Shown in pieces: positions 58,019-64,000 of a DNA stretch of 64,000 nucleotides. The DNA is from Bacillota bacterium (GTDB lineage Bacteria; Bacillota_I; Bacilli_A; ML615J-28; CAG-698): positions 6,420 to 70,419 of the forward strand of contig JAEYQM010000030.1 of assembly GCA_023410025.1 (NCBI GenBank). The letters run 5' to 3'. Below the pieces are notes generated by a model, which had not been told where the DNA came from, did no database searches, and saw nothing but the letters and a program-made list of their open reading frames with translations. Every line of letters starts with the position of its first letter. Within the stretch, counting starts at the first letter, position 1. Both the position numbers and the translations under genes were made by a program.

Positions 58019-59236
58019 TTATATTTCAAATTTATCTTCATTAAATACTGTTGTTTTCTTTAGATATGTTAATTGATACTTTTGAATATTTTGAATTGCA
58101 ATTTCTATATCACTATCTAAATTACATTTTTCTTCTTCTTTTAGAACTGTTTCAAGTTTTGGTTTAATTGCTGGATGTTCAGGTACAAATATTGTACAAC
58201 AATCTTCATATGGTCTAATAGAAATATCATATGTTTTAATTTTTCTTGAGATTGTTATTATTTCTTCTTTATCAAATGTCGCAAGTGGTCTCATAATTGG
58301 ATAATTTGTTACATCATTAACTACTTTAATGCTTTCAAGTGTTTGTGATGCTACTTGACCAATACTTTCTCCATTAATTATACAATCAATATTTTTTAAT
58401 CTACAAAACTTATCAGCAATCTTATACATAGCTCTACGCATTAAAGTTACCGTATAAATATTATTTGCAAACATATGAATTTTTGTTTGGATATTTGTAA
58501 ATGGAACAACATATAAATCGATTTTCCCATCTAAATCGTATACTGATAATTGTTCGATTAAATCAATTACTTTTTGTAATGCTAAGTCAGATGTATGGGG
58601 TGGGGAAGCAAAATGAATGGCACTAAGGTTAACACCTTTACGAATTGATAAAAACCCTGCAACAGGTGAATCAATTCCCCCACTAATCATTAATAGTCCA
58701 TCTCCTGCAATTCCACTTGGATAGCCCCCTAAACCTTTTATTACATTTGTATATAGATAAGTTCCTTCACTTCTTAAGTCAATTTCAAGACGCATATCCG
58801 GATTTCTTACATCAACACTCATACCTTCAATTTCAGGCAATACTAATCTTGCAACATTTTGTGATATTTCGATTGAAGTAAGTGGATAAGTTTTATCGCC
58901 ACGATTTGTTTCAACTTTAAAAGTAAATTTACCATTTGGTCTTTGACTTTTAATTACTTCTACTGCACATTTTGCAATATTTTCTATATTATTATCTGTC
59001 TTTTTACATAAACTATAACTATGTAATCCAACTACTGTATTTAATTTTTCAATTACTTTATTATGATCTTCGCCATGTAGGTAAATATAAAAACGATAGC
59101 TTGTATGTGAATAAGTTAAATGAGGAAACTCACGACATTTATTTTTTATATTTTCTACCATTTTTCTTAAAAACTGATTATAGTTTTTCTTTTTTAAAGT
59201 CATTTCGCCAAAGCGAACCAATATCATATCATACAT
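58019..59236 (-). CDS. thiI: tRNA 4-thiouridine synthase ThiI
   Basis: A THUMP domain plus the PP-loop SGGIDSPVAG. Confidence 0.9.
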   Translation of the reverse strand: MYDMILVRFGEMTLKKKNYNQFLRKMVENIKNKCREFPHLTYSHTSYRFYIYLHGEDHNKVIEKLNTVVGLHSYSLCKKTDNNIENIAKCAVEVIKSQRPNGKFTFKVETNRGDKTYPLTSIEISQNVARLVLPEIEGMSVDVRNPDMRLEIDLRSEGTYLYTNVIKGLGGYPSGIAGDGLLMISGGIDSPVAGFLSIRKGVNLSAIHFASPPHTSDLALQKVIDLIEQLSVYDLDGKIDLYVVPFTNIQTKIHMFANNIYTVTLMRRAMYKIADKFCRLKNIDCIINGESIGQVASQTLESIKVVNDVTNYPIMRPLATFDKEEIITISRKIKTYDISIRPYEDCCTIFVPEHPAIKPKLETVLKEEEKCNLDSDIEIAIQNIQKYQLTYLKKTTVFNEDKFEI

Positions 59237-60350
59237 ATAGTAACCTCTCTAAACTTTCCACAAATCTATCTATATCATTTTTACATACTTTGTATGAAAA
59301 ACTTATTCTTACACTACTTAAGGCACGTTTATTATCATTAGTTAATGCAAGTATTGTTTTTTCTGGTGTCTTTAATTTTGATGAACATGCTGAAGATGTT
59401 GAAACATAGATATCATCATTTTCTAAATGACGAACAACAGTTTCCCCTTCAAAATTAATCACTGAAAAATTAAGACAATAATAACTTATATTTTCAAAGG
59501 GTGTATTAATTATAACACCATTTAATTTACTTAATTTTGCGTATGCATAATCAAATATTTCTTTTACCTTTAACTGATTTTCTTTTGTTTTTGGAAAAAA
59601 CTTTTTAAAAGCTTTTGTTGTTGCAACAATTAAACTTAAATCAAATGTTCCTGGTTTTAAACCAAATTGGGCACTTGATCCATATAATTGTTTTTGAATA
59701 TTTAGACCTTTTTTATAAATTAATCCACCAATTCCTTTAGGACCATAAATCTTATGTGTACTAAATGTGAATAAGTCAATATCATTAAAATCAAAATTAG
59801 GAACTACTTTACATAATCCTTGAACAGCATCAACATGTAATTTGGCTTTTGAATATGGTTTTACAATTTTAATAATTTCATTTATATTATTAACTGTTCC
59901 TAATACATTATTAACCCACATAATTGATACTAAAATTGTATCTTTATTGATTTCTCTTTTTAATTGTTCTAAATCAATCATACCATTTTCTAAGATATCT
60001 AAATAGATGATCTCAAATTGATCTTTTAATGCTTTAATTGGTTCAAAAACAGATGCATGCTCAGTTTTTGTTGTTATTATTTTTCCACTTTTATGATTAT
60101 TTACAATTCCAAAAATTCCTAAATTATTTGCTTCAGTTGCATTTGATGTAAATACAATATTATGTTCAACATTTAAAGTTTTTTTAATTTCATTAATTGC
60201 TAACTCATACATATAATTTGATTCCTTACCAAGTTTATGTAAAGAAGATGTATTTGCAAAGAAATTTTTACTTGTTTTTATATATGATTCCAATACTTCT
60301 TCATCGATTGGAGTTGTTGCATTATAATCTAAATATACCATTTTTTTCAC
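59229..60350 (-). CDS. cysteine desulfurase (NifS/IscS-like, NifZ-type partner of ThiI)
   Basis: A class V aminotransferase fold with the PLP Lys context (FSTHKIYGPKG) and an active-site Cys near the C-terminus (SSACSS). It overlaps thiI by 8 nt. Confidence 0.85.
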   Translation of the reverse strand: MKKMVYLDYNATTPIDEEVLESYIKTSKNFFANTSSLHKLGKESNYMYELAINEIKKTLNVEHNIVFTSNATEANNLGIFGIVNNHKSGKIITTKTEHASVFEPIKALKDQFEIIYLDILENGMIDLEQLKREINKDTILVSIMWVNNVLGTVNNINEIIKIVKPYSKAKLHVDAVQGLCKVVPNFDFNDIDLFTFSTHKIYGPKGIGGLIYKKGLNIQKQLYGSSAQFGLKPGTFDLSLIVATTKAFKKFFPKTKENQLKVKEIFDYAYAKLSKLNGVIINTPFENISYYCLNFSVINFEGETVVRHLENDDIYVSTSSACSSKLKTPEKTILALTNDNKRALSSVRISFSYKVCKNDIDRFVESLERLLYV

Positions 60351-60453
60351 CTTTATTTATTATACTACAAATTTTTTGTTTTTTAAATATTTTTATGTTC
60401 TCATATTGATTTATTTAAACTTATCTACTAAAATAATATTAGTGGAGGATATT

Positions 60454-60903
60454 ATGGAAAAAATATTAAAATCTTTATTAGAAGGAACAAATGATGAAAT
60501 TGCAATTCTAGCAAATTCTTCAGCATTCATATTTGAATTTATTCCTGATGTAAATTGGGTTGGTTTTTATATTAAGAAAAATAACAAACTAGTATTAGGA
60601 CCATTCCAAGGAAGAAGTGCTTGTGTATATATAAATATGGGTAAAGGTGCTTGTGGGACAGCAGCAAGTACAAAACAAATTGTTGTCTTAGATGATGTTA
60701 GAAATGTTGAAAACTATATTGCATGTCACGAAGAAACAAGATCTGAAGTAGTAATACCTATTATTGTTAATAATGAGGTATATGGTGTATTAGATATCGA
60801 TAGTACAACCGTAAATCGATTTGATCAAAATACAATTACATTATTAAATGACCTATCAAAAATTATTGAAGAATCATTAAATAACTCATTGTATAATCTT
60901 TAA
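60454..60903 (+). CDS. GAF-domain protein (free methionine-R-sulfoxide reductase / YtsP-like)
   Basis: The start is set at the ATG at 60454, after a GGAGGAT RBS. VGFYI, ACGTAA and EVVIPI are typical of fRMsr-type GAF proteins. Confidence 0.7.
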   Translation: MEKILKSLLEGTNDEIAILANSSAFIFEFIPDVNWVGFYIKKNNKLVLGPFQGRSACVYINMGKGACGTAASTKQIVVLDDVRNVENYIACHEETRSEVVIPIIVNNEVYGVLDIDSTTVNRFDQNTITLLNDLSKIIEESLNNSLYNL

Positions 60904-60925
60904 TAAATTTAGTTTATTTAAACAA

Positions 60926-60970
60926 AATATTAAAAAAAATATCCCTTGTTTTCAATATTGAAAACAAGGG
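60926..60970. terminator. bidirectional terminator
   Basis: atatcccttgttttc-aatatt-gaaaacaagggatat is a 15-bp perfect stem. Confidence 0.65.
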
Positions 60971-60975
60971 ATATC

Positions 60976-61959
60976 TTACTCAAAAAATCCTAAATCTAAG
61001 TCATCTTCATACTTTTCTTTAAAAGTATATTTAACTATTTTTTTATCATCAATCATAAGTCTTTCTCTAAAGTATTTGGAATTGCTTAATACTTGAATAA
61101 TTCCATCAATATCCACATTAAAGCAATGCATTCTTAAATAGCCGTTTTCAATGCCACATTTTTTAATATCTATATTATCCAATTTACCTATGTATAATAG
61201 ATCTGCTTTATCTACATGTTCTTTTTCCTTTATATATAGTTCGCATTCGAATTTTGGAAATCCTTCTCTTATTTTTTTAAACCCTATTCTTGTTGCAAGA
61301 CTATCCATTTTACTTATTTTTTCCAAATCTCTTATTGGTTCATCCCCATACCAATTATATATCGATACTATTGGTACTATACCTCTGGGTTCTTTTTCCT
61401 CCCCAACCTTTTTAAACATTATATATTTATTATATAAATTATATTTTTTTAACATCTCATCATATAATCCTTTATAGGCATATTTGTGAGCATCTTTTGG
61501 GTTTTTATCTTCTGTAATTTTATATGCAAATACTGACCCTATTTCCCATCCACAATCATAATATTTTTTTATCTTTATTTTTACTCTTTTTGGTTGTTCA
61601 CTTTCAAGTTTTATTTTAAATTCAATTAACTTATCAAGTGATAGCAATGGATCTATTAATGAGTCATATTTTTTAATATCATTTTCAATAACTTTTAAGG
61701 CATTCTTCTTTATAAAACCTTTTAATCTACCTAACTCATATAAAAACAAAGCAAAAGCAATATATGTATAGTGACCATAATGTTCATAATCTTCTAATAA
61801 TTCAATATAGTCATTTAATGTTTCCCTTATAAATTCTGTACTATCAAAGCCTTGTCTTAGGTAATCCGAATATGCAATTGCTGGTTCTAAAAGTAATTCA
61901 TCTTTAAATATTTCAGTTAGTTGTACAACCAAACTATCTAATTAATCTAATTCACTCAT
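60976..61959 (-). pseudogene. hypothetical 318-aa protein whose natural RBS and ATG are separated from the body by an in-frame TAA after 5 codons. It may be a pseudogene, or translation may reinitiate at the TTG at 61932.
   Basis: GGAGG is followed 7 nt later by the ATG at 61959. The reading is ATG AGT GAA TTA GAT TAA TTA GAT AGT TTG GTT, that is MSELD-stop-LDS-LVVQLTEIF... The stop lies inside a tandem TTAGAT..TTAGAT duplication. I recognise no family for the body, which is acidic and Tyr/Lys-rich. Confidence 0.45.
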
Positions 61960-61984
61960 TTATTTTCCTCCATTTTATACAATC

Positions 61985-62904
61985 ATTCAGTTACTCAATA
62001 TTCTTATAAGTAATATAAATTTTATTTAGCCTCAATAATAGTAATTACTTCATTTTTTCTGAAATGATATTGTATCCACTAAAAATTATGTTTCAACTAA
62101 AAATATTAAAGTGACTATATTTTAACATTTTTTCACATATTAAGTCAATGAAAAATAAAAGTAAGCTTTTTATATAAACTAAATAAACTTTTAAATATAT
62201 ATAATTTTTGTCATAGTAAACTGTATATTATAACGAGTTTTTATTCGATTCATTTATAATAATTGATTATACATTAAATTTTGCACTTATTTTATTGATA
62301 TTAAGCTAAACTGATAAGAAATAGCGTATTAAAATATTTTTTATTTATTCATAAGCGAAAGTACTTATCTTTTATAAGTCCTTTTATTTATATTACAACA
62401 TTTATTTACAAATAATGGTCTAGTTTTAAAACTAGACCTCTTTTTATAGTATGTTGTTGTTATCTATATTTCATTAAGCACAATATTACTAACAAATAAT
62501 TCTCTAATAAGTTATATTACATCACAATATATATTAGTTCGATTTATTAAATTCTTTAATACATTATAAAATAATGTGTCAAAAAATATTTTAAAATCAA
62601 TAAACAATATCTAGTTAGATCTATAATTCTTAGTCCTAAATTTCTATTACTAACATTACAAACGAATGATTAAATCAAATTAAATATTTAAAAATAAATT
62701 TTATTAGAACCAACTTTATTTTATTTATTTATACACTTTTTAATGGTTAATTTAATATATAACCTTATACACATCTTATAAATTTTAATTATATATTAAG
62801 ATTATTTACTAATAAAATATTTGATTTTATTTTTACTTTTTAGGTAAAGATTTGATACTTAATTCCACTATTTAACTTATTAAAATGAACAATTAAATAA
62901 ATAA
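61985..62904. other. ORF-free, extremely AT-rich tract of about 920 bp containing a perfect 22-bp palindrome
   Basis: No ORF of 60 aa or more in any frame. GGTCTAGTTTTAAAACTAGACC at 62417-62438 is followed by a T-rich run. The tract lies where rplQ-downstream genes would be expected. Confidence 0.4.
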
Positions 62905-62936
62905 AAAAACCAAGAAAAATTTCTTGGTTTAGTTTT
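62905..62936 (-). terminator. rplQ terminator
   Basis: accaagaaa-aat-ttcttggt with flanking A and T runs, directly after the rplQ stop. Confidence 0.65.
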
Positions 62937-63299
62937 TTATACAAATTCGATAATCGCCATCATCGTAGCATCACCACGACGAGGTCCTGTTTTTAGAACT
63001 CTTGTATAACCACCTTGGCGGTCAGTATACTTAGGAGCGATATCTGAAAATAACTTTTGTATAGCGTATTGATTTTCTGCGTCTTTTTCAAATCTTACCA
63101 TTTGAGCTGCTAATCTGCGGCTTGCTAAATCGCCAGCCTTGCCTAATGTTACCATTCTGTCAGCTAAACGTTGTAATTCTTTTGCTTTAGATAAAGTTGT
63201 TTCAATACGTTCATTAATGATTAAGTCTGTAACTAAATCTCTTAGTAATGCTTTACGTTGAGCCATGTTACGACCTAATTTACGGTAGCCTAATGACAT
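62937..63299 (-). CDS. rplQ: 50S ribosomal protein L17
   Basis: [22 protein letters not shown] matches the L17 N-terminus. Confidence 0.95.
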   Translation of the reverse strand: MSLGYRKLGRNMAQRKALLRDLVTDLIINERIETTLSKAKELQRLADRMVTLGKAGDLASRRLAAQMVRFEKDAENQYAIQKLFSDIAPKYTDRQGGYTRVLKTGPRRGDATMMAIIEFV

Positions 63300-63319
63300 T
63301 ATTTTTCCTCCTTCTTATG

Positions 63320-64000
63320 TTATTCTTCTTCATCAGATGAATCTTCATCATCATAATTTGGATTATCGTTTTCAAGAATTAGATCTGATTCATAAACATC
63401 ATCTTCTAAATCTTCAGTATCTAAACCTTGATAATCACCTTCATAAGAATGTTTTAAATGTAAACCAATTTCACGAAGTTTTTGAATAACTTCTTTAAGA
63501 GATTTACGTCCAAGATTACGAACTCTCATCATTTCTTCTTCGGTCTTTTGAGTTAATTCTCCAACAGTATTAATTCCTGCTCTCTTCAAGCAGTTGTAAG
63601 AACGAACAGATAAATCTAGATCTTCTATTTTCTTTTCTAACTTCTTATTAGTAACTTTTTCTTCAGGTTCATACATGTAATTTTGTTCGATAATTGTTTC
63701 ATTAATTTTGGCTATAACGTTGAAATGATCAACTAAGAATTTTGAAGCTAAACTTACAGCGTCTTGTGGTTTTATACTATCGTTAGTCCAAACTTCTAAG
63801 AAAAGTTTGTCGTAGTCTACATTTTCCCCAACACGTGTTTTTTCAACATCGTATTTGCATTTTGTTACTGGTGTATAGATTGCATCAATAGGAATACGAT
63901 TAATAATTCTATCTCCTGCTCTATTCAAACAAAACACTTTGTTTTCTTCTGCACTCACATATCCAACGCCTCTTCGAGCAAAGAATCGTGCTTTAAATTT
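63320..64000 (-). CDS. rpoA: DNA-directed RNA polymerase alpha subunit, C-terminal about two-thirds; the gene continues beyond the window end
   Basis: The frame is open to position 64000. PIDAIYTPV and the alpha-CTD LDLSVRSYNCLKRAGINTVGEL...MRVRNLGRKSL identify RpoA. It ends in a 35-residue acidic tail. Confidence 0.95.
   Translation of the reverse strand, partial: KFKARFFARRGVGYVSAEENKVFCLNRAGDRIINRIPIDAIYTPVTKCKYDVEKTRVGENVDYDKLFLEVWTNDSIKPQDAVSLASKFLVDHFNVIAKINETIIEQNYMYEPEEKVTNKKLEKKIEDLDLSVRSYNCLKRAGINTVGELTQKTEEEMMRVRNLGRKSLKEVIQKLREIGLHLKHSYEGDYQGLDTEDLEDDVYESDLILENDNPNYDDEDSSDEEE

Noticed and set aside
61985-62904. oriC or a CRISPR array in the long non-coding tract
   Set aside because: There are no DnaA-box clusters and no dnaA/dnaN nearby. 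There are no regularly spaced direct repeats and no cas genes. Only a single palindrome and AT-rich sequence are present.

Overview
This is a contiguous, gene-dense chromosomal segment from a very AT-rich (about 27-30% G+C by eye), endospore-forming Firmicute, mostly transcribed on the minus strand. It uses the standard genetic code, since TGA works as a stop and all housekeeping ORFs are intact. I found no rRNA, tRNA, CRISPR array, IS element or prophage. The content is overwhelmingly core, with Bacillus-like synteny: trmB(partial)-pepV, tkt, uppP, coaX-efp, ispH, pheST with a T-box leader, clpP, the yjbK(CYTH)/relQ/nadK cluster, spx, an oppABCDF operon, trpS, a gerA-type germinant receptor operon in A-C-B order, tyrS with a T-box leader, a CcpA-like regulator, a MurC-like ligase, rpsP-ylqC-rimM-trmD-rplS interrupted by a cadC/cadA metal-efflux pair, ylbD/ylbE, rsuA, def, rnj, gerE, uvrC, rimP-nusA-ylxR-ylxQ-infB-rbfA, ung, thiI plus a cysteine desulfurase, and rplQ/rpoA(partial). 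Many sporulation and coat genes are scattered through it: sspI, an alpha/beta SASP, two tandem CotY/CotZ paralogs, a CotD-like protein, a YjcZ-like micro-ORF and gerE. Four of these late loci carry a CATAnnnTA sigma-K-type -10 box. The features least explained by ordinary annotation are these: (1) a ThsB-like TIR (DUF1863) gene translationally appended to the relQ-nadK operon; (2) Opp permease and ATPase subunits with very large inserted domains, namely an RCC1-like propeller in OppC and a roughly 280-aa coiled coil in OppF; (3) a 9-bp tandem duplication that puts an in-frame stop 5 codons into a 318-aa hypothetical gene, next to a roughly 950-bp ORF-free AT-rich tract where the usual rplQ-downstream genes are absent; (4) a small two-helix membrane gene coupled to gerAB that looks like a germinant receptor D subunit; (5) assorted regulatory structures, including two T-boxes, a possible L19 leader, an ArsR-type operator, consensus sigma-A promoters and a split cre-like palindrome. 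Everything here rests on reading the sequence and on family knowledge. No database searches were run.
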